DNA of 64,000 nucleotides from an uncultured Candidatus Poseidoniales archaeon (lineage in GTDB: Archaea > Thermoplasmatota > Poseidoniia > Poseidoniales > Poseidoniaceae). The DNA is taken from contig CAZGJD010000001.1 in NCBI GenBank assembly GCA_964526385.1, positions 86,355 through 150,354 on the forward strand. The letters run 5' to 3'. Positions 20,937-30,613 of this stretch are shown here, piece by piece (position 1 is the first letter of the stretch; each line of letters starts with the position of its first letter). A model generated the notes under the pieces. It was not told the origin of the DNA. It made no database searches and saw only the letters and a list, made by a program, of their open reading frames with translations. The translations under genes were made by a program, and so were the position numbers.

Positions 20937-22064
20937 ATGTGGCTTGGATTAGATGATACGGATTCTTTACTAGGTGGATGCACTACCTTAGTATTTCACC
21001 AATTATTGGAGAATATTCCGTGTGAACATGGACAACCTAGGTTGACTAGACTTTGGCCATTTGCTGATCGGAGAACACGAGGTAATGCAGCCTTATCTGT
21101 TGAATTATACTGTGATAAATCAATAATAAAGTGGTTGGATGATTACTGGAAGGAAAACATCTTACCGCTCAAAGGTGAGGTTGGTTATTCAGAACATTCA
21201 GAGAGAAAGCAGTACCCTGCAGACCCTGGAATGGTTCTGTTAGATGAACAACCTGATGAATCAATTTATTGGAATGCTGTAAGAGGAGAAATTGGACATA
21301 CTGATTTGGGTACACAATGGGGGGGAAACGGGAAGATTGGCGCATTGGCTTCATGTGCTTGGCCCGCTTGGAAAAAAACCTACGAAGTGATTGCATGGAC
21401 CGATGAAGAGAGATATGTTGCTGATAATTTGATAAGTCAGATTGAGCAACTAGATGGGACTTTTTTATGTCGAGACCCACGAACTAATCGAGGATTGATT
21501 TCTCCACGTGGAAATTCACCTGTTCTGTTTGGAGTAAGAAGCATGAATTATGAATCCGCGGAACAAGCCGGCCATATTTTATCTCAAGATTGCAGTAACA
21601 TTACGGGAAAAAGAATATTCATTACGAATCAAGCCACTGGCGACCACTTGACCGGAGAAATCCAGCTGACGGTAGAGGGTAAAAAAATTACGAAAGGTGG
21701 TCATGTTTCCATTAATGACTACGTGATTTGTTTTTCAGATTCTGGAAACTTGAATCTTGCTTGTCAATGGTTAAACATTGGCGATGAAGTTTTGTGTCTC
21801 GGGATGGAATTCGAAGGAAATTTACATCTCGAAGCAATGAAAGTTTTAGAATCAAAAAATAGGCTCCGCCCATTGTGTAAATGTGGGACAAGGATGAAAT
21901 CTATGGGTGCTAATCAGGGAGTTAAATGTCCAAACTGTAAATCAAAATCCGACATTAAATGGGAATATACACACAGGAATTGTCCATTTCCAAATTGGAT
22001 TCAACCACCATATGATAAGAGAAGACATTTGGCTGAAGATTTATCATTTAAGCCTAAATATTGA
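20937..22064 (+). CDS. tiaS: tRNA(Ile2) agmatinylcytidine synthetase
   Basis: GLDDTDS..GGCTT, TRGNA, PVLFGVR, TNQATGDH, C-terminal Zn ribbon, RRHLA. Confidence 0.9.
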   Translation: MWLGLDDTDSLLGGCTTLVFHQLLENIPCEHGQPRLTRLWPFADRRTRGNAALSVELYCDKSIIKWLDDYWKENILPLKGEVGYSEHSERKQYPADPGMVLLDEQPDESIYWNAVRGEIGHTDLGTQWGGNGKIGALASCAWPAWKKTYEVIAWTDEERYVADNLISQIEQLDGTFLCRDPRTNRGLISPRGNSPVLFGVRSMNYESAEQAGHILSQDCSNITGKRIFITNQATGDHLTGEIQLTVEGKKITKGGHVSINDYVICFSDSGNLNLACQWLNIGDEVLCLGMEFEGNLHLEAMKVLESKNRLRPLCKCGTRMKSMGANQGVKCPNCKSKSDIKWEYTHRNCPFPNWIQPPYDKRRHLAEDLSFKPKY

Positions 22065-22088
22065 TATCATATTCAACATGGGAAGGTC

Positions 22089-22322
22089 ATGGAGACTGCC
22101 ACATTAGTTACTTATATCATCCTTGGAATAACTCTACTTGGTATGATTTGGTATATGACAAACAAAGGAAGAGCGAATCTTGCAAAAGCAAGAGAAGATG
22201 CAGCTCCTGCAATTGCCGGAGACGACATACTAGAGGGAGCCGCTAAAAACCCAGAGCAATTTGACGAACCAGACGATGATGCACTGGATGAAATGGCCAA
22301 ATTATTGGATGAAGATGAATGA
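22089..22322 (+). CDS. Small protein with N-terminal TM helix and acidic tail
   Basis: GGAAGG SD before ATG, TM TLVTYIILGITLLGMIWYM, abuts the convergent gene. Confidence 0.7.
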   Translation: METATLVTYIILGITLLGMIWYMTNKGRANLAKAREDAAPAIAGDDILEGAAKNPEQFDEPDDDALDEMAKLLDEDE

Positions 22323-22892
22323 TTACAATTTGTAACCATCTTCTGTAAGTACCAATTCTATTGTATTATCATCCATTTGTAACGTTCTTCGATTATCAGT
22401 TTGTGGCCTAGTTAGTAGCCAAACTGTAGATGCATTGATTTCATTTGACCCTCTAGCATTTAGTGGGGCTTCACCCATAGAAACTCCTCCTTTCGAAATT
22501 AGTAATGTTGTCCAATTGCTGACCTCAATCAATTTGTTTACTCCTTTGATAATATCATTTGGAATCTTTCCAGATTTGGGACAGTAATCATCAAGAACAA
22601 CCAAGTCGACGTTTGGAAGCATTTCAGCCGCCGATACTAATGCCTGTAATGCTTGGTCAAAGTTACCAACCAAATTCATTGCGTGAAATTTTGATGAGGA
22701 TACCGGGTCAATGCCGTCAAAAATTTGAGAAAACCTAACCCCATCAGGAAGTTCTGGGGCAGCCCAAAGAACCCTACCACCATTTTCTATAGATTGACGC
22801 GCCATTTGCAATCCAATTGTACTTCCACCACATGATTCTTGAACTGCTAGGTGGATAGATTTCCCATCTAATTCAAATTTGAATAAACTCAA
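22323..22892 (-). CDS. RadB/RecA-like protein with degenerate Walker A
   Basis: SCGGSTIGLQMA sits where GSGKT is expected. RVLW..E, RFSQIF and Walker B LVVLDD follow the RadB layout. Confidence 0.55.
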   Translation of the reverse strand: MSLFKFELDGKSIHLAVQESCGGSTIGLQMARQSIENGGRVLWAAPELPDGVRFSQIFDGIDPVSSSKFHAMNLVGNFDQALQALVSAAEMLPNVDLVVLDDYCPKSGKIPNDIIKGVNKLIEVSNWTTLLISKGGVSMGEAPLNARGSNEINASTVWLLTRPQTDNRRTLQMDDNTIELVLTEDGYKL

Positions 22893-22901
22893 ATCAATTC
22901 C

Positions 22902-23450
22902 TCATTCAAGTGTTATCATTGATGGAGGGTCGGCGGATTCTTCATCATCGAAATCATTGCCTCCTAATAATAAATCCAAAAGGTCTGTTTGTGTTTCTTT
23001 AGATGCTTCTTCGTTGATAGCCTTCTTGGACCTTTTCAACCTTGCAGCCATTAATTGATGGGCCTCTAATCTACGAGTTGCATCTCTGTAGTCTTCAGCC
23101 GAAAAATATCCTATAAACGATTGATCTGAATCTACCACAACCATGGCGTCTGGTCGCTCCTTGCTCATTACATCCAGCGCTACTGATAGTTTTTCATCCT
23201 TGTTGAAAGTCATTATGTTCTTTCGCATTATTTTTTCAACTTTCATTTTGCCAACATTCTTACCCAATGCCAAATGTTGGAAAATATCTTTTGCAGTTAA
23301 TACCCCTGTTATCTCACCCTTTCCCATGATGAGTACAGCGTTAGTTGGATTGTTGGATAACTTCTGACAAATATCACCAACTTTCGTTTTTGCTTCAACA
23401 ACAATGTGCTCATCGGTTATTGACATATCAGACACAGTTGGTTCTTTCAT
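22902..23450 (-). CDS. CBS-domain pair protein with acidic tail
   Basis: VSDM..GVLTAKDI and VEKIMR..VVD..IGYFSAED Bateman repeats. Confidence 0.8.
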   Translation of the reverse strand: MKEPTVSDMSITDEHIVVEAKTKVGDICQKLSNNPTNAVLIMGKGEITGVLTAKDIFQHLALGKNVGKMKVEKIMRKNIMTFNKDEKLSVALDVMSKERPDAMVVVDSDQSFIGYFSAEDYRDATRRLEAHQLMAARLKRSKKAINEEASKETQTDLLDLLLGGNDFDDEESADPPSMITLE

Positions 23451-23534
23451 GACCTATCCTAGAAGTGATGTAAAATATGCTTTGTTATATTTTTCAATGA
23501 TAATCCATATGAGCGTATTGCCATTGGAAGTATC

Positions 23535-23750
23535 ATGGCCGGAGAGATCAAAAAGGGTGAAAGAATACCTAGAAGACCTTTACCAGAGTTCAAAGAAGCC
23601 GGTAGTCTATCAACGGCATTGTCTAGAGATGGACTGTTTGGTACTGCTCTTGATGACAAAAATGAATATGGCCCACATGCCATGATTATTCTTTTAATGA
23701 TTGTAGCTTCAATTACTGGAGGAGTTATACTGGCTCTGAGATATTTCTAA
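23535..23750 (+). CDS. Small tail-anchored membrane protein
   Basis: Hydrophilic N-terminus with a single TM at the extreme C-terminus (AMIILLMIVASITGGVILALRYF). Confidence 0.65.
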   Translation: MAGEIKKGERIPRRPLPEFKEAGSLSTALSRDGLFGTALDDKNEYGPHAMIILLMIVASITGGVILALRYF

Positions 23751-23820
23751 AATTTCAAAAATCGCTTTTTTTGCTGTTTGGTAGTAGTAAGATAAAAGTC
23801 CTTTACATCTTAGCAAATTT

Positions 23821-24240
23821 ATGTCCTCTGATTCAGTGAACGTTGAAAGTAGGACATCATCCCAAGACAAGCGATGGACAATAATGGCGGCGCTACTTGG
23901 GACAAATACCGCTTTGTTATTGTTTCAAGGAATTGAACAAAATAAAAATCCGAATGAGATGAGAGAATTTGCTCTTACTATAATTGCAGCCACGATACCA
24001 TTTCAAGGCATATATTTCCTAATATACACATTTTTGCTAGAGAATCAGTTTAATCTAAATGAAGTGATGGAAAATAAATTGAATACGGCTAGTGCACTTT
24101 GTCAGTTTATGGCATATGTTTCAATTATTGGTATCATTTTATTGTGGTACGACATGTCAAAAATGGTGGGAATAGCATTTACAATATCGGGATTATTGGC
24201 CATGATATTAGTGCGATATGCTATGAAAAAAGAGGATTAG
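23821..24240 (+). CDS. Hypothetical 4-TM membrane protein
   Basis: 139 aa, four hydrophobic segments. Confidence 0.7.
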   Translation: MSSDSVNVESRTSSQDKRWTIMAALLGTNTALLLFQGIEQNKNPNEMREFALTIIAATIPFQGIYFLIYTFLLENQFNLNEVMENKLNTASALCQFMAYVSIIGIILLWYDMSKMVGIAFTISGLLAMILVRYAMKKED

Positions 24241-25586
24241 GCGATCGCATTTCTAGCTAAAATGACCGCTTCATCTACTATTTCTCCGGACACCCCTATG
24301 TGGTTTGAAGGTTCAAACATTGCTTCCAATTCTTCAGCGGTAAAAGACGCCGAAATCGCAGGAGTTCTTGAACAGACATCAATCAATTCCTCTCCGTTTT
24401 GAATTGCTTCGAAAGAAGCAGACCTGAGTATTTCGTGAGCCTCATCCCTTCCAATGCCGTGATTAACTAATTCTATCATTACCTTCTCTGCCATAACCAA
24501 TCCCTTTTGGTTAGAGATGTTTTGTAGCATTCTATCTTTATCCACCCAGAGGTTTTGTAGCACGTTTTCTGTTTTGGTGATTACATCTTCACATAGTGCA
24601 GAAGCATGTGACAGAGTAAACCTTTCACTGCTGGAGTTCGCCAAATCTCTTTCATGCCACAATAATGCATTTTCATAGGTTGGTATGATGAATGAACGAA
24701 CAATTCTAGCCAACCCTGACGCATTTTCGGATTTTATTGGATTTTTCTTGTGAGCCATGGTAGATGATCCAACTTGCTTTTTGACATCAAATCCTTCACC
24801 GGCTTCTGATATTTCTGAACGCTGTAGATTACGTATTTCTTGAAGAATTTTTTCACATGTACAGGCGACATTTGCCAACCAAGATACATATTCAATGTAC
24901 CGGTCTCTACCAACGACTTGGGTTGTGGCAAGTGGTGTTTCTAAGCCAAGATGTGATAAGATTAGACTTTGCAATTCTCTTGCCCCTTCACCCTGGGCTG
25001 CCCCTGTTCCTACCGCACCTAGAAATTTGCCAACTGCAATTCGTGGTGTAGCCTCATCTAAACGAATCAATTGTCTGCGCATTTCGTCTAACCACACCGC
25101 TACTTTTAGTCCGAATGTAATCGGAACTGCAGCCTGACCGTGTGTCCTTCCTAGCATAACAGTGTCCCTTTCTCTTTCTGCAAGATTTGCCGTAGTCGAA
25201 ATTAAATTTACCAATTGGCTTCGCAGTAGAATAATTGAGTCTCTGAGTTGTAGGCCTACAGCAGTGTCAACAATGTCATTCGAGGTTGCACCAAGGTGTA
25301 TACACCAACCTGCTTCCCCAGCGGCTTCTGCCATTGCCTTTGTTAATGCCATAATGTCATGTCTTGTTTCAGCCTCAATTTCGCTTACTCTCTCCTTTGT
25401 AACAGATTTGGGATTTGAAATAGATTCCACAATCTTATAATCGGTTTCTGAGACTTTACCCATTTGCATGTGCGCCCAAATTAAAGCCCTTTCAACCTCC
25501 AATTGTCTCTCATGTCTACCAAGCTCTGACCAAATGTGTTTGAAGTCTTGGGAACCGTACCTGTAATCTAACGGGCAAAATGCCAT
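24237..25586 (-). CDS. purB: Adenylosuccinate lyase
   Basis: PLDYRYG, HLGATSND, GRTHGQ, GSSTMAHKKNP, HERDL. Confidence 0.96.
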   Translation of the reverse strand: MAFCPLDYRYGSQDFKHIWSELGRHERQLEVERALIWAHMQMGKVSETDYKIVESISNPKSVTKERVSEIEAETRHDIMALTKAMAEAAGEAGWCIHLGATSNDIVDTAVGLQLRDSIILLRSQLVNLISTTANLAERERDTVMLGRTHGQAAVPITFGLKVAVWLDEMRRQLIRLDEATPRIAVGKFLGAVGTGAAQGEGARELQSLILSHLGLETPLATTQVVGRDRYIEYVSWLANVACTCEKILQEIRNLQRSEISEAGEGFDVKKQVGSSTMAHKKNPIKSENASGLARIVRSFIIPTYENALLWHERDLANSSSERFTLSHASALCEDVITKTENVLQNLWVDKDRMLQNISNQKGLVMAEKVMIELVNHGIGRDEAHEILRSASFEAIQNGEELIDVCSRTPAISASFTAEELEAMFEPSNHIGVSGEIVDEAVILARNAIA

Positions 25587-25641
25587 GTTGCGACGGTCAA
25601 TGAATTAGGACATGAACATTGCGCGTTGGATATCGGATTAT

Positions 25642-26289
25642 TTATCTAAGAACCAAGTGACCTCTAACTCCGTCCCAGTGGGTATCGTATACGACTTTAA
25701 CTTCTCCTTTCATGTGTGGTCCAGAGGTAACCAATGTTTCATACTCTCCACCTTCTCCATCAATGTTGAATCTATATTTTTTCGATAATTCTAATAATTC
25801 AAAATAAGATTCTTGAGTAAAAGTATGGCCCAGCCACTTTTCACTCATACCTTCACAGGATACTCCGCTAATCATCACACGAAATCCATTTTCGATGAGT
25901 CCATAAAGATGCGATTTTGCAGATTGATGCCATAGAGGAGTGAACGATTTTATTCCCAATCTCTCGCACATTCTTTCTAGGCGATTCTTTTGATAGTCCG
26001 ATCTAAGTGCGCCCGATACAATACCGTCAATTTTGATTTTTGACAATTCTTTTTCTAAGTCGGAAATTTCTGAATGTTCTTCCCCTGTTGTATCAACTCT
26101 AACCCAAGCAATGTCTGACAATTCAGCCTGTCTTTCGACAATGTGAGTACCAGGTACCTGGAACATCATTGAATCACCGCCTGTAACTATTACCGTAACG
26201 AGATATTCTATATCCCAACCCTTGCACTGCGCCCACCATATTGCAGCGCTACTATCCTTGCCACCACTGGATAAAACTGCTACTTTCAC
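25642..26289 (-). CDS. dph6: Diphthine-ammonia ligase
   Basis: SGGKDS PP-loop, SDYQ, PLW, GEGGEYET. Likely start is GTG at 26289 after GAGGGG. Confidence 0.9.
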   Translation of the reverse strand: MKVAVLSSGGKDSSAAIWWAQCKGWDIEYLVTVIVTGGDSMMFQVPGTHIVERQAELSDIAWVRVDTTGEEHSEISDLEKELSKIKIDGIVSGALRSDYQKNRLERMCERLGIKSFTPLWHQSAKSHLYGLIENGFRVMISGVSCEGMSEKWLGHTFTQESYFELLELSKKYRFNIDGEGGEYETLVTSGPHMKGEVKVVYDTHWDGVRGHLVLR

Positions 26290-26351
26290 ACCCCTCGGAT
26301 ACCGCCAAGGTTGATAAGACCCCACCCGGAGAGCGGGTCTGAGGGAGCAAT

Positions 26352-27074
26352 ATGCAGCCAAGCGGAAGAGGTTACGACCACGGAATTACTACGTTCAGCC
26401 CTGATGGAAGATTGTTTCAGGTTGAATACGCAAGAGAGAGCGTGAAAAGAGGGACCACAACGGCAGGTCTGAAATTCAAAGAGGGGATTGTATTAGTCTG
26501 TGACAAGCGAATTGCAAGCAGATTAATCATTCCGGAATCGATTGAAAAATTGTTCAAGATTGATGGACATATCGGCATCGCAACGAGCGGTTTAGTGGCA
26601 GACGCTAGGCAATTAGTTGCTAGAGCGAGAGTAGAAGCACAAGTGAACAGGATTACATATTCCGATAAAATTCCTCTAGACACAATGACAAAGAAGATTT
26701 GTGATTTCAAACAGTCCTTTACCCAGTACGGAGGTTCCCGACCATTTGGAACAGCGTTGCTTATTGGCGGGGTAGATGACAATGGGATTCACCTTTATGA
26801 GACAGACCCGTCAGGAGCATACCAGTCATATCACGCTGGAGCAATCGGAAGTGGAAGGAACACAGTAGTCGAGTTTTTCGAAAAGAATTGGAAGCCAAAC
26901 ATGACATTGAATGCAGCATTAAAGTTAGGCCTAGAAGCTCTACGTGATGCCAACGACCAAGAGTTGAATAGAGAAGCAGTTGAAGTCGCAGTGATAAATT
27001 CAGACGGATATTCTGTTTTGGACAGGAACGAAGTCAACAAACAAATTGACAGACTCAAACCCTTAGAGGATTAA
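26352..27074 (+). CDS. psmA: Proteasome alpha subunit
   Basis: YDHGITTFSPDGRLFQVEYA, GLVADAR, RPFG, TDPSG. Confidence 0.97.
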   Translation: MQPSGRGYDHGITTFSPDGRLFQVEYARESVKRGTTTAGLKFKEGIVLVCDKRIASRLIIPESIEKLFKIDGHIGIATSGLVADARQLVARARVEAQVNRITYSDKIPLDTMTKKICDFKQSFTQYGGSRPFGTALLIGGVDDNGIHLYETDPSGAYQSYHAGAIGSGRNTVVEFFEKNWKPNMTLNAALKLGLEALRDANDQELNREAVEVAVINSDGYSVLDRNEVNKQIDRLKPLED

Positions 27075-27076
27075 GA

Positions 27077-27766
27077 ATGGTCAGCCTAGACAAAGCGGTC
27101 TTGGCTAGATGGGAATTCGGCGGTAAGCGCTATGAGATATTGGTTGACCCTGAACTTGTAGATAAATTTCGCACTAATCCTGATTCGGTAAACATCGATG
27201 ACTTTCTTGCTACGGATGAAGTCTGGCATGACGCACGTGGCGGTGATAGGCCCACTGAAGAAGCAATTGATAATGCATTTGAAACCCAAGACATTTTTTC
27301 CATTACAAAAATTATATTAGCAAAAGGAAGTATCCAATTAACCACAAATCAAAGAAAGGAAATGGTTGAACAGAAGAGACAATTGATTATTCAGGAAATT
27401 CACCAAACTGCCATCGATCCAAAAACTAAGTCCCCGCATCCGAAAACCAGAATCGAATTAGCATTGGAGGAAAGTAGATTTTCTGTTGACCCTTTCAAGA
27501 GAATTGATGTCCAAATAAAAGACGCAATAGCAGTGCTGAAACATATGATACCACTATCCTTTGAACCGGTCAGAATCGCGTTCAGAATTCCTAGTTCAGG
27601 GTATGGTGCCGCAAGTAAATTCCTGAGACAATATCTAGACAAAGAAGATTGGTTATCGAACGGCGATTGGGCTTGTATAATCGAGTGCCCCCCAGGAATG
27701 GCAAGTGGTTTAATCGGAAAAGTAAAGGGCATAGATAGTAGTTCTGAAGTCAAGGAACTAGATTGA
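27077..27766 (+). CDS. sdo1: Ribosome maturation factor SBDS/Sdo1
   Basis: RYEILVDP, GSIQLT, DPKTKSPHP. Expected position in the exosome superoperon. Confidence 0.93.
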   Translation: MVSLDKAVLARWEFGGKRYEILVDPELVDKFRTNPDSVNIDDFLATDEVWHDARGGDRPTEEAIDNAFETQDIFSITKIILAKGSIQLTTNQRKEMVEQKRQLIIQEIHQTAIDPKTKSPHPKTRIELALEESRFSVDPFKRIDVQIKDAIAVLKHMIPLSFEPVRIAFRIPSSGYGAASKFLRQYLDKEDWLSNGDWACIIECPPGMASGLIGKVKGIDSSSEVKELD

Positions 27767-27823
27767 TTTTGAATCGTCTGCTTTATCATGGGATGGCATG
27801 TGGCCCGACACGGAGACAAAGAT

Positions 27824-28510
27824 ATGACAGGAGCAAAAGAAGGCGCCGTGCTGCGCCTCGTGACTCCTGGAGAAGCCATCGGGGCTTCTTCTGGCGCACG
27901 AGCAGGAACAGGTACTGTAAAACAGGGACAAGATATTATCTCAACTAAACTCGGTTGGGTTAAAGAAAACAACGGGGTACTATTCGTTGAACCAATTCAC
28001 TCATCATATCTTCCAAGGTCAGGAGATTTAGTAATAGGGATAATCGAAAGTGTTCGAAATAACCTTTGGTTTGCAGAGGTAAATGGTCCTTTCAATGGTT
28101 TACTACCTATGTCATTAGCTCCTTGGAAGGTAGAATTCGGAGCCGCTAGAGAGCACATGGACATAGGTGACGTCATGCTCGCCAGGGTTCAAGAGGTTGA
28201 CGAAGCACACAATATTGTCCTCACGATGAAGGGTGTGGGTTTGAGAAAACTGAAAGAGGGTGCTGTTTTAGAGCTACCAGTTAATCTAATCAAGTTAATT
28301 AGAAACGACAATGAAAGAATTCTCAACGTATTCAAAGAATCTTCCGATTGCAGGATAATAGTCGGTGATAATGGAAGAATTTGGGTGGATGGTTCTGCTG
28401 AAAATATATCTATGGTTCGAGCAGGATTTGATTTGATGAATAATATTGGTCATCAAGAGAATGTATTTGATTCGATAAACGAATTTACAAAACAATGGAG
28501 GAATGAATGA
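27824..28510 (+). CDS. rrp4: Exosome RNA-binding subunit Rrp4
   Basis: YLPRSGDLVIG S1 domain, GDNGRIWV KH domain, synteny. Confidence 0.9.
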   Translation: MTGAKEGAVLRLVTPGEAIGASSGARAGTGTVKQGQDIISTKLGWVKENNGVLFVEPIHSSYLPRSGDLVIGIIESVRNNLWFAEVNGPFNGLLPMSLAPWKVEFGAAREHMDIGDVMLARVQEVDEAHNIVLTMKGVGLRKLKEGAVLELPVNLIKLIRNDNERILNVFKESSDCRIIVGDNGRIWVDGSAENISMVRAGFDLMNNIGHQENVFDSINEFTKQWRNE

Positions 28511-29244
28511 TGGGAGGATATGGAGACGTCCAATTATTGAGAGATGATGGATTACGACTTGATGGTCGTAAATTAGATGAAATGCGTGAAGTACAAATCG
28601 AAGCAGGAATTTTGCCTGCTGCCGACGGTTCAGCTTGGGTTAAGCACGGATTAAATGTTGCAGTATGCGCAGTATATGGTCCAATGGAAGCTCACCCAAG
28701 AAAGATTCAGAAACAAGACAGGGCTGTAATAGATTTACGATACAATATGGCTCCATTTTCAACGAGCGATAGAATCCGACCAGGATTCAATAGAAGGTCC
28801 AGAGAAATTAGCAAGGTTACAGCTGAAGCACTAGAGAGTGTGGTTCTTGTTGAAAGATACCCAAGATCGAAGATTAGGGTCGAAATAGAAATCCTGTCTG
28901 CCGAAGCAGGCACTAGATGCGTTGGTATTACCGCTGCATCGGTTGCTCTTGCTGATGCTGGTATTCCAATGAGAGATATGATCGTTGGAGTCGCAAGTGG
29001 AAAGGTTGAGGATACAGTTGTTCTTGACTTAGATAAAGCGGAAGACAACTACGGTCAAGCCGATTTGCCAATGGGTATCTTACCGACTACTGGTGAAATA
29101 GCGTTCTTGCAAATGGATGGAGACCTATCTATTGAGGAATTTAACCTATGTATGGACTACAATATGAAAGCCGCTAAAGAGATTCACGAAATTCAAATGG
29201 ATGCATTGAAGAGAAGATATGAATCCAAGAACGGAGGTGCTTGA
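28507..29244 (+). CDS. rrp41: Exosome catalytic subunit Rrp41
   Basis: RLDGR, ADGSA, YNMAPFS, RRSREIS, GTR, EDNYGQAD. Confidence 0.96.
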   Translation: MMGGYGDVQLLRDDGLRLDGRKLDEMREVQIEAGILPAADGSAWVKHGLNVAVCAVYGPMEAHPRKIQKQDRAVIDLRYNMAPFSTSDRIRPGFNRRSREISKVTAEALESVVLVERYPRSKIRVEIEILSAEAGTRCVGITAASVALADAGIPMRDMIVGVASGKVEDTVVLDLDKAEDNYGQADLPMGILPTTGEIAFLQMDGDLSIEEFNLCMDYNMKAAKEIHEIQMDALKRRYESKNGGA

Positions 29245-29245
29245 A

Positions 29246-30028
29246 TTGTCAGCTCCAGTTTCTAATCTGCTAAAGCAAGAATTAGCACGATTAGCAGAAT
29301 CCGATAAGAGAATAGACGGTAGAGGAAGATTCGAATCGAGAGATATTATCTTGGAAACCGACTGTTTGTACAATGCTGAAGGTAGCGCGAAGGTTACTTG
29401 GGGAGACACTGTAGTTTATGCTGGAGTAAAATTTGAGGTTCGTGAGCCATGGCCAGATCGGCCTACTCAGGGTTCTCTAATGTGCGGCGCTGAGCTAAGA
29501 CCCGTTGCCGGGTTGAAGTACGAAGCTGGCCCTCCATCACCAGAATCAATCGAATTAGGAAGAGTGGTTGATAGAGGAATCAGAGAGTCAGGATGTATTG
29601 ATATGGACTCATTATGTATTATTCCAGGGGAGAAAGTCTTGGGTGTGATGATAGACATCCATGTTCTATCAGATAGAGGTAACATCTTTGATGCATCTGC
29701 ATTAGCAGCTATCGCTGCCCTGAAGACTTCTATTGTTCCAGCAGAGCGTTTTGATGTTGGAGAAGACTACCCTCTTCAAGTTCAGAAGACACCAACAATG
29801 TGCACATTCACAAGAGTAGGTGGAAGGTACGTATTAGACGCAAATGAACAAGAAGAAAACGGTGGAGAAGAGAGAATTCACATAACTCTTGCAGAGGAAG
29901 GCCACCTCCATTCTCTACAAAAGGGCTTAAAGGGAACTTTCACGCCGACCGAATTCGCCGAGATACTCGAAGTGGCTCAAAATCGATGTGCTGAACTCGT
30001 AAATCTCGTCAAATCAAAGGAGGCCTAA
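29246..30028 (+). CDS. rrp42: Exosome subunit Rrp42
   Basis: RIDGR, AEGSA, ELGRVVDRGIRES, GNIFDA. TTG start after GGAGGTG. Confidence 0.95.
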   Translation: MSAPVSNLLKQELARLAESDKRIDGRGRFESRDIILETDCLYNAEGSAKVTWGDTVVYAGVKFEVREPWPDRPTQGSLMCGAELRPVAGLKYEAGPPSPESIELGRVVDRGIRESGCIDMDSLCIIPGEKVLGVMIDIHVLSDRGNIFDASALAAIAALKTSIVPAERFDVGEDYPLQVQKTPTMCTFTRVGGRYVLDANEQEENGGEERIHITLAEEGHLHSLQKGLKGTFTPTEFAEILEVAQNRCAELVNLVKSKEA

Positions 30029-30030
30029 TC

Positions 30031-30390
30031 ATGGCAAAAAGAACTCAAAAAGCGGGACTAACAGGAAAGTTTGGTGCACGTTATGGTGTTAGTGTAAGAA
30101 GAAATGCTGGCATGGCACTCAGGAAAAAATCTGCAAAATACACTTGTCCGGTCTGCCAATACAGAAAAGTTGCCAGAAAGTCAGTCGGAATCTGGTCATG
30201 TGGAAAATGTGGCCACACATTTGCTGGGGGAGCTTGGGAACCATACACAAGAGCTTCCGATGCAAATAACAGAATCATTAGAAGAAATGCGGATGGAGCA
30301 ACTACCGCAGACATGGCATACATCGCACAGCAAGCAGCTATCGAATATGAGAGAGCTATGAATGCTGGCGAACTTGATGAAGAGGAGTGA
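30031..30390 (+). CDS. rpl37ae: 50S ribosomal protein L37Ae (eL43) with C-terminal extension
   Basis: GKFGARYG, CPVC..GIWSCGKC, FAGGAW. Confidence 0.95.
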   Translation: MAKRTQKAGLTGKFGARYGVSVRRNAGMALRKKSAKYTCPVCQYRKVARKSVGIWSCGKCGHTFAGGAWEPYTRASDANNRIIRRNADGATTADMAYIAQQAAIEYERAMNAGELDEEE

Positions 30391-30602
30391 TTCTTTTGTG
30401 GAAGGTCCGCCTTCTGGTGGATTCATCTGACGCTGAAGCCTTAGCATCCAGTCTAGCTAGCGAAGAAGATGTAAACTTTAGCAACTCATCATTTTCATTC
30501 ACTTTATCCGAATCTCGGGCAAAAGATGCTAGAGCAATGTGGAATACACGTATGAGAAGTGTAATTGTTTCATACAATGTCCTAAAAGTGATGGATTCTT
30601 GA
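30387..30602 (+). CDS. pcc1: KEOPS complex Pcc1-like subunit
   Basis: Lies between rpl37ae and prefoldin beta. AKDARAMWNTRMR resembles the Pcc1 LRAxxNSxLR helix. Confidence 0.6.
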   Translation: MILLWKVRLLVDSSDAEALASSLASEEDVNFSNSSFSFTLSESRAKDARAMWNTRMRSVIVSYNVLKVMDS

Positions 30603-30613
30603 AGTAGTTGTGA

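Noticed and set aside
26290-26361. Apparent head-to-head overlap of dph6 and psmA, plus a small ACCCG-GAGAG-CGGGT hairpin
   Set aside because: The likely dph6 start is GTG 26289, which removes the overlap. A 5 bp stem is too weak to call an RNA element.
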